Notes: generated from the letters alone by a model not told the origin. A DNA stretch of 64,000 bases from Rhodovastum atsumiense (GCA_037190665.1 JBBCJT010000030.1:165-64164); one strand, 5' to 3'. Counted from the stretch's first letter, positions 41,612-51,525 are shown. A program made the numbers and translations.

Positions 41612-43512
41612 CCCTGCCCGATCTCGACCTTCACGACACGCTGCCCAAGCTACTCGCGCTGCACGCGCGCGAGCACGGCAGCGAGGTGGCGCTGCGGGAG
41701 AAGCGGTTCGGCATCTGGCATTCGGTCACCTGGCGCGACTATGCCGCGCGCACCGCCGCCATCGCGCGCGGGCTGCGCACGATCGGGATCGGGCCGGGCG
41801 ACGTGGTCGGGCTGATCGGCGACAATCGGCCCGACTGGGTGATGGGCGAGATCGCGGCGCATGCGGCGGGCGCGATGTCGCTCGGCGTCTATCGCGACGC
41901 GCTGGACGAGGAGGTGGCCTACCTGCTCGCCCATGCCGGCGCGAAGCTCGTCTTCGCCGAGGACGAGGAGCAGGTGGACAAGCTGCTCAACATCTCCGAC
42001 CGCGTGCCCGGCCTGCGCCACATCGTCTTCAGCGACCCGCGCGGGATGCGCAAGCATGAGGACCCGCGCCTGCTGCCGCTGGAGACGCTGGTCGCGCAGG
42101 GCGGTGAAGGCCCGCTCGACGATCTGGCGGCGGCCACGCGCGGCGGGGATGTCGCGATCCTCTGCACCACCTCCGGCACCACGGCGAACCCGAAGCTCGC
42201 GATGCTGACCGGGGGCGCGCTGCTGCGCCATTGCCGGTCCTACCTCGCCGCCGATCCCAAGGGACCGGAGGACGAGTACGTCTCCGTCCTGCCGCTGCCG
42301 TGGATCATGGAGCAGATCTACGCGCTGGGCTGGGGGCTGATCACCCGGATGAAGGTGAACTTCGTCGAGGAGCCGGAGACGACGATGGCCGATTTCCGCG
42401 AGATCGGCCCGACCTTCGTGCTGCTCGCGCCCCGGGTGTGGGAGAGCATCGCCGCCGATGTGCGCGCGCGCATCATGGACGCCTCGCCCTTCAAGCGGCG
42501 GATGTTCGATCTCGGCATGAAGCTGGGGCTGGACGCCCTGAAGCAGGGCAAGCGGTCGGCGGCGGCGAATGCGCTGCTGTTCCGCGCGCTGCGCGATCGA
42601 CTGGGCTTCTCCCGCCTGCGCTCGGCCGCGACGGGCGGGGCGGCGCTGGGGCCGGACACGTTCCGCTTCTTCCTCGCCCTCGGCGTGCCGCTGCGCCAGC
42701 TCTACGGCCAGACGGAACTGCTGGGCGCCTATACCGTCCACCGGCCGGACGACGTGGATTTCGACACGGTCGGCCATGTCTTCACGCCGGAGATCGAGCT
42801 GCGCATCGACGATCCGGACGCGAAGGGGCTGGGCGAGATCGTGGCGCACCACCCCAACATGTTCTCCGGCTACTGGCGCAACGAGGCGGCGAGCGCGGAG
42901 GCGCTGGAGGATGGCTGGCTGCGCACCGGCGATGCCGGCTTCCTCGACAGGCGTGGCCATCTGGTGGTGATCGACCGCATCCGCGACATGGCCCGCACCG
43001 CGGGCGGCGCGCGGTTCAGCCCGCAATACGTCGAGAACAAGCTGAAGTTCAGCCCCTATGTCGCCGAAGCGGTGGTGCTGGGCGACGGGCGCGACTTCCT
43101 CTCCGCGATGATCTGCATCCGCTACTCGATCCTGTCGAAATGGGCGGAGAAGCGGCGCATCGCCTTCACCACCTATTCCGACCTCGCCTCCAGGCCCGAG
43201 GTGTACGAGCTGATCCGCCGCGAGGTGGAGGCGGTGAACGCCACCCTGCCCGAGGCGCAGCGCATCGCCCGCTTCCTGCTGCTGTACAAGGAGCTGGACG
43301 CCGATGACGGGGAGCTGACCCGCACCCGCAAGGTCCGCCGCGGCGTGATCGGCGAACGCTACGGCGAGATCATCGAGGGCATCTATGCCGGGCGGGAGGC
43401 GATCCCGGTCGACACCACTATCACCTTCCAGGACGGCAGCAAGCAGCGCATCCGCACCACGCTGAAGGTGATCGACCTGCACCCCGCCGCCCGGCTGGAG
43501 CGCGCCGCATGA
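41608..43512 (+). CDS. AMP-binding long-chain-fatty-acid--CoA ligase-like protein embedded in the ABC operon
   Basis: 634 aa. AMP motif CTTSGTTANPKLAM. ATGA overlap with the livG-like stop. Confidence 0.85.
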   Translation: MTLPDLDLHDTLPKLLALHAREHGSEVALREKRFGIWHSVTWRDYAARTAAIARGLRTIGIGPGDVVGLIGDNRPDWVMGEIAAHAAGAMSLGVYRDALDEEVAYLLAHAGAKLVFAEDEEQVDKLLNISDRVPGLRHIVFSDPRGMRKHEDPRLLPLETLVAQGGEGPLDDLAAATRGGDVAILCTTSGTTANPKLAMLTGGALLRHCRSYLAADPKGPEDEYVSVLPLPWIMEQIYALGWGLITRMKVNFVEEPETTMADFREIGPTFVLLAPRVWESIAADVRARIMDASPFKRRMFDLGMKLGLDALKQGKRSAAANALLFRALRDRLGFSRLRSAATGGAALGPDTFRFFLALGVPLRQLYGQTELLGAYTVHRPDDVDFDTVGHVFTPEIELRIDDPDAKGLGEIVAHHPNMFSGYWRNEAASAEALEDGWLRTGDAGFLDRRGHLVVIDRIRDMARTAGGARFSPQYVENKLKFSPYVAEAVVLGDGRDFLSAMICIRYSILSKWAEKRRIAFTTYSDLASRPEVYELIRREVEAVNATLPEAQRIARFLLLYKELDADDGELTRTRKVRRGVIGERYGEIIEGIYAGREAIPVDTTITFQDGSKQRIRTTLKVIDLHPAARLERAA

Positions 43513-44402
43513 ACTGGACCCTGCTGCTGCAGCTCGTGCTCAACGGGCTGATCGTCGGCGCGCTGTACGGCGTGGTCGCGATGTCCTTCGTGCTGATCTA
43601 CAAGGCATCGCAGGTGGTGAACTTCGCGCAGGGCGAGTTCCTGCTGATCGGCGCCTGGGCGTGCTGGTGGCTGCTGACGACGTGGCAGTTGCCCTTCATC
43701 TGGGGCTTCCTGCTCACGCTCGTGTTTATGACGCTGTTCGGCATCGCGCTGGAACGCATCGTGCTGCGGCCATTGATCGGGGAACCCATCGTCAGCGTCA
43801 TCATGGTGACGATCGGCCTGTCGATCGTCTTCCAGGCGCTGATGAAGTGGATGTTCGGCGTGTTCGCCCAGCCCTTCCCGCCGATCTTCACCACCCAGCG
43901 GATCAATATCCTCGGCCTCGAGGTGCAGACCGTCTATCTGCTGTCGATCGCGATCTCGGCGGTGATCCTCGGCGTGTTCGCCTGGTTCTTCCGCGCCACC
44001 AGGTACGGTCTCGCGATGCGGGCCACGGCCTTCGACCAGCAGGCCGCGCAGTCCCTAGGCGTGCCGGTGCGGCAGGTCTTCGCCATGTCCTGGGCGATCA
44101 GCGCGGTGGTCTCCGCCGTGGCGGGCGTGGTGGTGGGCGTGGTGAACGGCGTGTCCTCGGCGCTGTCCTTCTACGGCATCAAGGTGTTCCCGGCCGTGAT
44201 CCTCGGCGGGCTCGATTCCATCCTCGGCGCGGTGCTCGGCGGGCTGATCGTGGGCGTGCTGGAGAACACGGCCGAATTCGTGGACAGCCAGTTCCTGCAC
44301 TGGGGCAATATGTATCAGGTCGCGCCCTTCTACGTGCTGATCCTGATCCTGATGATCCGCCCCTACGGGCTGTTCGGCACCAAGGACATCGAGCGGGTAT
44401 GA
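43509..44402 (+). CDS. Branched-chain amino acid-type ABC transporter permease (LivH-like)
   Basis: 297 aa, polytopic. ATGA overlap with the upstream gene. Confidence 0.88.
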   Translation: MNWTLLLQLVLNGLIVGALYGVVAMSFVLIYKASQVVNFAQGEFLLIGAWACWWLLTTWQLPFIWGFLLTLVFMTLFGIALERIVLRPLIGEPIVSVIMVTIGLSIVFQALMKWMFGVFAQPFPPIFTTQRINILGLEVQTVYLLSIAISAVILGVFAWFFRATRYGLAMRATAFDQQAAQSLGVPVRQVFAMSWAISAVVSAVAGVVVGVVNGVSSALSFYGIKVFPAVILGGLDSILGAVLGGLIVGVLENTAEFVDSQFLHWGNMYQVAPFYVLILILMIRPYGLFGTKDIERV

Positions 44403-45463
44403 CCGCGCAGACGCCGAGCGGGGATTTCCGCACCTCCTACCGCGCGGACACGACGATCTTCCCGACGGCGATGAGCCGCAATGCCGCCATCGCCGGCATC
44501 GTCCTGCTCGCGCTCACGCCTTTCGTGGCCGACCGCTACATCCTGTCGCTGATGATCCAGATCGGCATCCTGGGCATCGCGGCACTCGGGCTGAACATCC
44601 TGGTCGGCTTCACCGGCCAGATCTCCATCGGCCATTCGGCCTTCTTCGGCTTCGGCGCCTTCGCATCCGCCTATGCGGTGGAGCACGGCGTGCCGGTGCC
44701 GCTCGCGATCGTGTTCGCGGGGGTGGTGACCACGGCCGTGGGCATGGTCTTCGGCCTGCCGGCGGCGCGGCTGAAACGGCTGTATCTCGCCATCGCCACG
44801 CTCGCGGCGCAGTTCATCCTGGAGGATTTCTTCGCCCGCGCGCAGTGGTTCACCGGCGGTGTGGCCGGCCGCGTGACCGAGCCGTTCTCCCTGTTCGGCT
44901 GGGTCGCCGACCGGGACGAGAGCTATTTCTACGTCGTGCTCGCCTTCGTCATCATCATGTACCTGATGGCGGCGAACCTGATGCGCACGCGGGACGGGCG
45001 CGCGCTGGTGGCGGTGCGGGACCACTACCTCTCCGCCGAGGTGATGGGCATCAACCTCACCCGCTACCGGACGCTGTCCTTCGGCATCTCCTCCTTCTAC
45101 GCCGGCATCGCGGGGGCGCTGTACGCGCACTACCTGCTGTTCGTCTCGGTGGAGGCGTTCACCATCGTCTTCTCCATCCAGTTCCTGGCGATGGCGATCA
45201 TCGGCGGGCTGGGATCGGTGATGGGCTCGCTGATGGGCACCGCCTTCATGGTGCTGCTGCCGGAGTTCGTGCAGTGGAGCGTGGAACTGCTGCGCGGCGG
45301 CGTGATCGACCGTGCGCTGAAGCTCGCCGACAGCCTGTCCTACCTGCGCGAGATGGTGATCGGCGCGGTGATCGTGCTGTTCCTGATCTTCGAGCCGGAC
45401 GGGCTCGCGCATCGCTGGAAACAGATCAAGGCCTACTGGAAGCTGTACCCGTTCTCGCATTGA
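44399..45463 (+). CDS. Branched-chain amino acid-type ABC transporter permease (LivM-like)
   Basis: 354 aa. GQISIGHSAFFGFGAF motif. ATGA overlap with the upstream gene. Confidence 0.88.
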   Translation: MTAQTPSGDFRTSYRADTTIFPTAMSRNAAIAGIVLLALTPFVADRYILSLMIQIGILGIAALGLNILVGFTGQISIGHSAFFGFGAFASAYAVEHGVPVPLAIVFAGVVTTAVGMVFGLPAARLKRLYLAIATLAAQFILEDFFARAQWFTGGVAGRVTEPFSLFGWVADRDESYFYVVLAFVIIMYLMAANLMRTRDGRALVAVRDHYLSAEVMGINLTRYRTLSFGISSFYAGIAGALYAHYLLFVSVEAFTIVFSIQFLAMAIIGGLGSVMGSLMGTAFMVLLPEFVQWSVELLRGGVIDRALKLADSLSYLREMVIGAVIVLFLIFEPDGLAHRWKQIKAYWKLYPFSH

Positions 45464-45542
45464 CGCGGGCGTGCCGCGCCGCCCATCCTGCCGCGCGGAA
45501 ATGCCGGGAAAATCCGGCAACGAAAGCAAGGGGAGACGTTCG

Positions 45543-46823
45543 ATGAGGCTCGTTCCGGCGGTGCTCGGCGCCGCCATCGCGGCCCTTCCGGCCGCGGCAC
45601 AGCAGCGCATTCCCGTCGGCCACATCGCCGACTTCTCCGGCGCGACCTCCGATGTCGGCGTGCCCTACGGGCGCGGCGTGGCGGATGCGATGAACTGGAT
45701 CAACGAGGCGCGCAAGGGCGTGCTCGGCCGCCAGCTCGCCTTCACCACCTACGACTACGGCTATCAGGCGCCGCGCGCCATCGCCCACTACCAGGCGCTG
45801 CAGCGCGAGCGGGTGGTGGCGATCCAGGGCTGGGGCACGGCGGATACCGAGGCGCTGGTCACCTTCGTCACCCGCGACCGCATCCCCTATATCAGCGCGT
45901 CCTATTCCGCCGCGCTGACGGACCCCACCGGCAAGGGCGGCCCGCGGTCGGAGAAGGCGGCACCGTTCAACTTCTTCTACGGCCCGTCCTACTCCGATGC
46001 GCTGCGCGCGATGCTGCAATGGGCGGCGGATGACTGGAAGGCGCGCGGCCAGTCCGGCCAGCCCAAATACGTGCACATGGGCGCGAACCACCCCTATCCG
46101 AACTCGCCCAAGGCGGCGGGGGAGGAGCGGGCGCGGGAGCTGGGCTTCGAGGTGCTGCCCGCCATCACCTTCGCGCTGACCCCCGGCGACTACACCGCCC
46201 AGTGCCTGACGCTGAAGGAGAGCGGAGCCAACTACGCCTATCTGGGCAACACCGCCGGGTCCAACATCTCCGTGCTGCGGGCCTGCCAGACCGTCGGCGT
46301 CAACGTGCAGTTCCTCGGCAATGTGTGGGGGATGGACGAGAACGCCATGAAGGCCGCCGGCACGGCCGCGAACGGCGTGGTCTTCCCGGTGCGCACCGAG
46401 ACCATCTGGGGCGAGAGCGCGCCGGGCATGGAGACGATGCGCCAGATCAGCCGCGTGTCCGACCAGACCGGCAACGCGTATCGGCCCGTGCACTACCTCG
46501 CCGGCGTCTGCGCGGTGATGCTGATGGCCGAGGCGATGGAGACCGCCGGCGCGAACAACGGCGCGATCGACGGCGTGCGCATCCGCGACGGGTTCTACGC
46601 GCGACAGAACTGGGTGCCGAAGGGCACGGAGGGCGTCTGCGCGCCGTCCAACTTCACCGAGACGGACCATCGCGGCCAGCTTCGCGTCGGCATCTACCGC
46701 GCCGAGGTGAAGGGGGCCACGGAAGCAGGCTCCGTGGACGAGCTGATGCGCAACGGCACCATGGCGATCCGCCGGCTGACGGTGGTGGACCTGCCCCGCA
46801 GGCCGGAGTGGATCGGCTGGTAG
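45543..46823 (+). CDS. ABC transporter substrate-binding protein (type I periplasmic binding fold, LivK-like)
   Basis: ATG 45543 has AAGGGGAG upstream. Signal MRLVPAVLGAAIAALPAAAQQ. Confidence 0.85.
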   Translation: MRLVPAVLGAAIAALPAAAQQRIPVGHIADFSGATSDVGVPYGRGVADAMNWINEARKGVLGRQLAFTTYDYGYQAPRAIAHYQALQRERVVAIQGWGTADTEALVTFVTRDRIPYISASYSAALTDPTGKGGPRSEKAAPFNFFYGPSYSDALRAMLQWAADDWKARGQSGQPKYVHMGANHPYPNSPKAAGEERARELGFEVLPAITFALTPGDYTAQCLTLKESGANYAYLGNTAGSNISVLRACQTVGVNVQFLGNVWGMDENAMKAAGTAANGVVFPVRTETIWGESAPGMETMRQISRVSDQTGNAYRPVHYLAGVCAVMLMAEAMETAGANNGAIDGVRIRDGFYARQNWVPKGTEGVCAPSNFTETDHRGQLRVGIYRAEVKGATEAGSVDELMRNGTMAIRRLTVVDLPRRPEWIGW

Positions 46824-46830
46824 TGCGGCC

Positions 46831-47664
46831 ATGAGCGAGGCGCTGGCGGCGGCGCGGCAGATGGATGCCGCCGTCGCGCCCCTGCTCGAGGTCGCCAATG
46901 TCGAGGTCGTCTACAACGACGTGATCCTCGTGCTGCGGGGGCTCAACCTGCATGTGCGGCAGGGCGAGATCGTCGCTTTGCTGGGCGCCAACGGCGCCGG
47001 CAAGTCCACCACGCTCAAGGCGATCTCCGGCCTGCTCAAGACCGAGGACGGCGAGGTGACGCGGGGCGAGATCCGCTTCGCCGGATCGCGCATCGACGGG
47101 CTCGACCCCGACATCGTCGTCCGGCGCGGTATCTTCCAGGTGATGGAGGGGCGGCGGATCATCCAGGACATGACGCCGCTGGAGAACCTCCGCCTCGGCG
47201 CCTACACGCGCAGCGACGGCGGGGTGAAGCAGGACCTGGAGATGGTGCTGTCCTACTTCCCGCGCCTGAGGGAACGCACCGGGCTCGCCGGCTACCTGTC
47301 GGGCGGCGAGCAGCAGATGCTCGCGATCGGCCGGGCGCTGATGGCGCGGCCGAAGCTGATCCTGATGGACGAGCCCTCGATGGGCCTGTCGCCGCTGCTG
47401 GTGGGCGAGGTGTTCGGCATCGTCCGGCGGCTGAACAAGGAACTCGGCATCACCATCCTGCTGGTGGAGCAGAACGCGCGCATGGCGCTCGGCGTCGCCG
47501 ACCGGGGCTATGTGATGGAGCAGGGCAAGATCGTGCTGGACGGCACGGCGGCGGACCTCGCGGACAACGAGGACGTCAAGGAATTCTACCTCGGCGGGCA
47601 CGGCGCCGACCGCCGGCGTTTCACCAACCTCAAGAGCTACCGGCGGCGGAAGAGGTGGCTGTAG
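46831..47664 (+). CDS. Branched-chain amino acid-type ABC transporter ATP-binding protein (LivF-like)
   Basis: 277 aa. Walker A GANGAGKST and signature LSGGEQQMLAIGRAL. Confidence 0.88.
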   Translation: MSEALAAARQMDAAVAPLLEVANVEVVYNDVILVLRGLNLHVRQGEIVALLGANGAGKSTTLKAISGLLKTEDGEVTRGEIRFAGSRIDGLDPDIVVRRGIFQVMEGRRIIQDMTPLENLRLGAYTRSDGGVKQDLEMVLSYFPRLRERTGLAGYLSGGEQQMLAIGRALMARPKLILMDEPSMGLSPLLVGEVFGIVRRLNKELGITILLVEQNARMALGVADRGYVMEQGKIVLDGTAADLADNEDVKEFYLGGHGADRRRFTNLKSYRRRKRWL

Positions 47665-47691
47665 GCACCCGGCGCGCAGGAAGGTGAGGGG

Positions 47692-48897
47692 ATGATCCGC
47701 TACTACGACAAGCTCGAGACACGCTCGCCGGACGCGCGCCGTTCCGCCCAGGCCGTCGCCCTGCCGGGGCTGGTCGCGCATGCGCGGGAGACGGTGCCGC
47801 ATTACGCGATGCTGTTCGCGCATCTGTCGCCCGACGCGGGCTTCACCTCGCTGCCGCTGACGCGCAAATCCGACCTCGTCGCGCGCCAGCAGCTCTCGCC
47901 GCCCTTCGGGGGCATGGGCGCGGGCGCGGGGCGGCGGGTGTTCATGTCGCCCGGCCCGATCTTCGAGCCCGAGGGCAACGGCCCGGATGCCTGGCGCTGC
48001 GCCCGCGCGCTGCATGCGACCGGCCTGCGCGCCGGCGACCTGCTGCACAACAGCTTCGCCTATCACTTCACCCCCGCCGGCGTGATGCTGGAGGAAGGCG
48101 CGCTCGCGCTCGGCTGCCGCGTATTTCCCGCCGGCACCGGCAACACGGAGATGCAGGCCCGCGCGGCGGCGCATCTGCGCCCCGGCGCCTGGACCGGCAC
48201 GCCGGATTTCCTCAAGGCGATCCTGGAAGCGGGCGATGCGGCGGGGCTCGACCTCACCTCCATCCGCCGCGCCCATGTCAGCGGCGGCGCCTTCCTGCCG
48301 GCGCTGCGCCAGTACTACGCCGCGCGCGGGCTGACCGTGATGCAGTCCTATGCCAGCGCCGATTGCGGCGTCATCGCCTACGAGACCGAGGCGCATGAGG
48401 GGCTGGTGGTCGATGAGGGCGTGATGCTGGAGATCGTGCGCCCCGGCACCGGCGACCCGATCCCGGACGGCGAGGTGGGGGAGGTGGTCGTCACCGTCTT
48501 CGACACCTCCGCGCCGCTGATCCGCTACGCCACCGGCGACCTGTCCGCCGTGATGCCGGGCCGTTCGCCGTGCGGACGCACCAACACGCGCATCCGCGGC
48601 TGGATGGGCCGCGCCGATCAGGCGGCGAAGGTGAAGGGGATGTTCGTCCGCCCCGAGCAGATCGCCACCCTCGCGCGCGCCTTCCCGCAGGCCGGCCGCA
48701 TGCGGCTGGTGGTGGCGCAGGATGCGGGCGCGGATGCGATGACGCTGCGCGTGGAAGCGGCGGACGGGTCGATGGCCGAGGCGCTGGCCACGCGCTTGCA
48801 GGCGCTGACCAACCTGCGCGGCGCGGTGCAGATCGTGCCGCCCGGCAGCCTGCCGAACGACGGCAAGGTGATCGACGACACCCGGCCCGTGGGCTGA
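47692..48897 (+). CDS. Phenylacetate--CoA ligase (PaaK)-family adenylate-forming protein
   Basis: 401 aa. N-terminus YYDKLETRSPDARRS...VPHYAMLF and overall length are typical of PaaK-like ligases. Confidence 0.7.
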   Translation: MIRYYDKLETRSPDARRSAQAVALPGLVAHARETVPHYAMLFAHLSPDAGFTSLPLTRKSDLVARQQLSPPFGGMGAGAGRRVFMSPGPIFEPEGNGPDAWRCARALHATGLRAGDLLHNSFAYHFTPAGVMLEEGALALGCRVFPAGTGNTEMQARAAAHLRPGAWTGTPDFLKAILEAGDAAGLDLTSIRRAHVSGGAFLPALRQYYAARGLTVMQSYASADCGVIAYETEAHEGLVVDEGVMLEIVRPGTGDPIPDGEVGEVVVTVFDTSAPLIRYATGDLSAVMPGRSPCGRTNTRIRGWMGRADQAAKVKGMFVRPEQIATLARAFPQAGRMRLVVAQDAGADAMTLRVEAADGSMAEALATRLQALTNLRGAVQIVPPGSLPNDGKVIDDTRPVG

Positions 48898-50495
48898 TGC
48901 TGCCGCGCGCCGACAGCTACGAGGCGATGCTGGCCGCGTTCCGCTGGGATATCCCGGCGCGGCTGAACATGGGCGTGGAGGTCTGCGACCGCTGGGCGGA
49001 CGGCACCGGCCGGCTCGCGCTGCTGCATGTCCAGCCGGACGGCCGTACCGAGGAATGGAGCTTCGACACGCTGCGCGATGCCTCCAACCGGCTCGCCAAC
49101 GTGCTGCGTGCGCATGGCGTGAAGCGGGGGGATCGTGTCGGCATCCTGCTGCCGCAATGCCCCGAGACGGCGGTCGCGCATATCGCCGCCTACAAGCTCG
49201 GCGCCATCGCCCTGCCGCTGTTCGTGCTGTTCGGGGAGGACGCGCTCGCCTACCGGCTGTCGGATGCCGGCGCGCTGGCGCTGATCACCGACAGCGCCGG
49301 CCTCGCCAAGCTCGCCGCGATCCATACGCGCCTGCCGGAGCTGCGGGTGGTGCTGTCCATCGACGGCGGCGATGCGCGGGACCTGCACGCGGAAAGCGCG
49401 CGTGCGTCGGCGCATTTCACACCGGAGGATACGGAGGCCGACGACCCGGCGGTGCTGATCTACACCTCCGGCACCACCGGCCCGCCCAAGGGCGCGCTGC
49501 ATGCGCATCGCGTGCTGCGCGGGCATCTGCCGGGCGTGGAGATGCCGCATGACCTGTTCCCGCAACCGGGCGACCGGATGTGGACGCCGGCGGACTGGGC
49601 CTGGATCGGCGGGCTGCTGGATGTGCTGCTGCCGTCGCTGTTCCATGGCGTGCCGGTCGTCGCGCACCGGATGGCGAAGTTCGACCCCGATGCCGCCTTC
49701 GCGCTGATCGCGCGCCATGGCGTGCGCAACGCCTTCCTGCCGCCCACTGCCCTGAAGATGCTCCGCACCGGCCGCCCCGCGCCCGGGCTCGCGCTGCGCT
49801 CCGTCGGCAGCGGCGGGGAGACGCTGGGGCCGGAGCTGCTCGACTGGGGCCGCGCGACGCTGGGTGTCGCGATCAACGAGTTCTACGGCCAGACCGAATG
49901 CAACCTCACCGTCTCCTCCTGCGGCGTGCTGTTTCCCGCACGGCCCGGCTGGATCGGCCGCGCCGTGCCGGGGCACCAAGTCGCGGTCGTGGATGCGGAC
50001 GGGCAGGAGGTGCCGCCGGGCACGCTCGGCACCATCGCGGTGCGCCGGCCCGATCCGGTGATGTTCCTCGGCTACTGGAAGCAGCCGGAGGCGACGGCGG
50101 CGAAGTTCGCGGGCGACTGGCTGCTGACCGGCGATACCGGGGAGATGGACGCGGATGGCTGGGTCCGCTTCGTCGGCCGCGACGATGACGTGATCACCTC
50201 CGCCGGCTACCGGATCGGCCCGGGCGAGATCGAGGACTGCCTGCTGAAGCACCCCGCCGTGGCCATGGCCGCCGTGGTGGGCGTGGCGGATGCGCTGCGC
50301 ACGGAGCGGGTGAAGGCGTTCGTGGTGCTCGCCCCCGGGCACGAAGCGAGCGAGGCGCTGGGACGCGAGCTGCAGGACTTCGTCCGTGCCCGCGCGGCCG
50401 CGCACGCCTATCCGCGCGAGGTCGCCTTCGTGGAGGCCCTGCCCATGACGGCGACCGGCAAGATCATGCGCGGCGAGCTGCGGCGGCAGGGCTGA
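48897..50495 (+). CDS. AMP-dependent acyl-CoA synthetase
   Basis: 532 aa from the ATG overlapping the upstream stop (TGATG). AMP motif YTSGTTGPPKGALH and C-terminal TATGKIMR. Confidence 0.85.
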   Translation: MLPRADSYEAMLAAFRWDIPARLNMGVEVCDRWADGTGRLALLHVQPDGRTEEWSFDTLRDASNRLANVLRAHGVKRGDRVGILLPQCPETAVAHIAAYKLGAIALPLFVLFGEDALAYRLSDAGALALITDSAGLAKLAAIHTRLPELRVVLSIDGGDARDLHAESARASAHFTPEDTEADDPAVLIYTSGTTGPPKGALHAHRVLRGHLPGVEMPHDLFPQPGDRMWTPADWAWIGGLLDVLLPSLFHGVPVVAHRMAKFDPDAAFALIARHGVRNAFLPPTALKMLRTGRPAPGLALRSVGSGGETLGPELLDWGRATLGVAINEFYGQTECNLTVSSCGVLFPARPGWIGRAVPGHQVAVVDADGQEVPPGTLGTIAVRRPDPVMFLGYWKQPEATAAKFAGDWLLTGDTGEMDADGWVRFVGRDDDVITSAGYRIGPGEIEDCLLKHPAVAMAAVVGVADALRTERVKAFVVLAPGHEASEALGRELQDFVRARAAAHAYPREVAFVEALPMTATGKIMRGELRRQG

Positions 50496-50506
50496 AACTG
50501 CGCCTT

Positions 50507-50645
50507 GTCCCCTCTCCCGCCTGGCGGGAGAGGGAGGGGCCCGCGCTTGTGCGGGAGGGTGAGGGGGCCGGAGCGGCGAAACCTCATCGTGATCCGGATG
50601 GACGCACCCTCACCCCGGCCCTCTCCCGCATGCGGGAGAGGGAGA
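50507..50645. repeat. Composite GC-rich palindromic repeat (copy C)
   Basis: CCCCTCTCCCGC-CTG-GCGGGAGAGGGAGGGGCCCGCGCTTGTGCGGGAGGGTGAGGGGGCCGG, then a spacer, then CACCCTCACCCCGGCCCTCTCCCGC-AT-GCGGGAGAGGG. Almost identical in architecture to copy D. Starts 12 nt after a stop codon. Confidence 0.8.
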
Positions 50646-50694
50646 AGCGGCGCGGACCCCCCGAACCTGCGCGCCGCGATCGCGTTCTGCGCCT

Positions 50695-51525
50695 ATGGCG
50701 ATCCGCATCGGCATCTCCGGCTGGCTCTATGCGCCGTGGCGCGGGGATTTCTATCCCGAGGGCCTGCGCCAGGCCGATGAACTGCACCATGCCAGCCGCC
50801 AGTTCCCGACGATCGAGATCAACGGCACGTTCTACTCGCTGAAGAAGCCGGCCGACTTCGCGAAGTGGCGGGAGGCGGTGCCGCGCCGCTTCGTCTTCGC
50901 GGTGAAGGGCTCGCGCTACATCACCCACATCCTGCGCCTGCGCGATGCGGAGGCGGCGCTGGGGCGGTTCTTCGCGCAGGGCGTGCTGGACCTCGGCCCG
51001 GCGCTCGGCCCCATCCTCTGGCAGTTGCCGCCGAATTTCCGCTTCGATGCGGAGCGGCTCGACGGCTTCCTCGGTCTGCTGCCGCGCACCGCCCATGCCG
51101 CCGCGAAACTCGCGGGCCTGCGCGCATCCGGCCCCGACCGCCGCCTGCGCCACGCCTTCGAGGTCCGGCACGACAGCTTCCGGGACGAGGCGTGGATCGC
51201 GCTGCTGCGCCGGCATCGCGTCGGCTCCGTCGTGGCGGACTCGGTCGACTGGCCGTGCCTGTGGGATGTCACGTCCGACTTCGTCTATATGCGCCTGCAC
51301 GGATCGGAGGAGCTGTACGCCAGCGGCTACGACCGCCGCGCGCTCGATCGCTGGGCGCGGCGGGTGCGCGCCTGGGCGGAGGGCGGCGAGCCGCGCGTGC
51401 GCCATGCCGGCCCGCCCGCGCCCCATCGCCGCCGCCGCGACGTGTTCGTCTACTTCGACAACGACAAGAAGGTGCGTGCGCCGAAGGATGCGCATGCCCT
51501 CGCGGAGCGCCTCGGCCTCGCCTAG
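50695..51525 (+). CDS. DUF72 domain-containing protein
   Basis: 276 aa. [19 protein letters not shown]...[12 protein letters not shown] is the typical DUF72 N-terminus. Confidence 0.85.
   Translation: MAIRIGISGWLYAPWRGDFYPEGLRQADELHHASRQFPTIEINGTFYSLKKPADFAKWREAVPRRFVFAVKGSRYITHILRLRDAEAALGRFFAQGVLDLGPALGPILWQLPPNFRFDAERLDGFLGLLPRTAHAAAKLAGLRASGPDRRLRHAFEVRHDSFRDEAWIALLRRHRVGSVVADSVDWPCLWDVTSDFVYMRLHGSEELYASGYDRRALDRWARRVRAWAEGGEPRVRHAGPPAPHRRRRDVFVYFDNDKKVRAPKDAHALAERLGLA

Noticed and set aside
50505-50780. ORFs reading through the GC-rich repeats: 50505-50780, 50549-50842, 56308-56535, 56315-56578, 35719-36096, 35925-36281 and 445-888. They encode peptides such as SPLPPGGRGRGP and PSPAEREREGPALAREGEGG.
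   Set aside because: They are translations of the palindromic repeat elements. The same peptide-like strings arise in both orientations at unrelated loci. This is the signature of a DNA/RNA-level repeat, not of a protein family.
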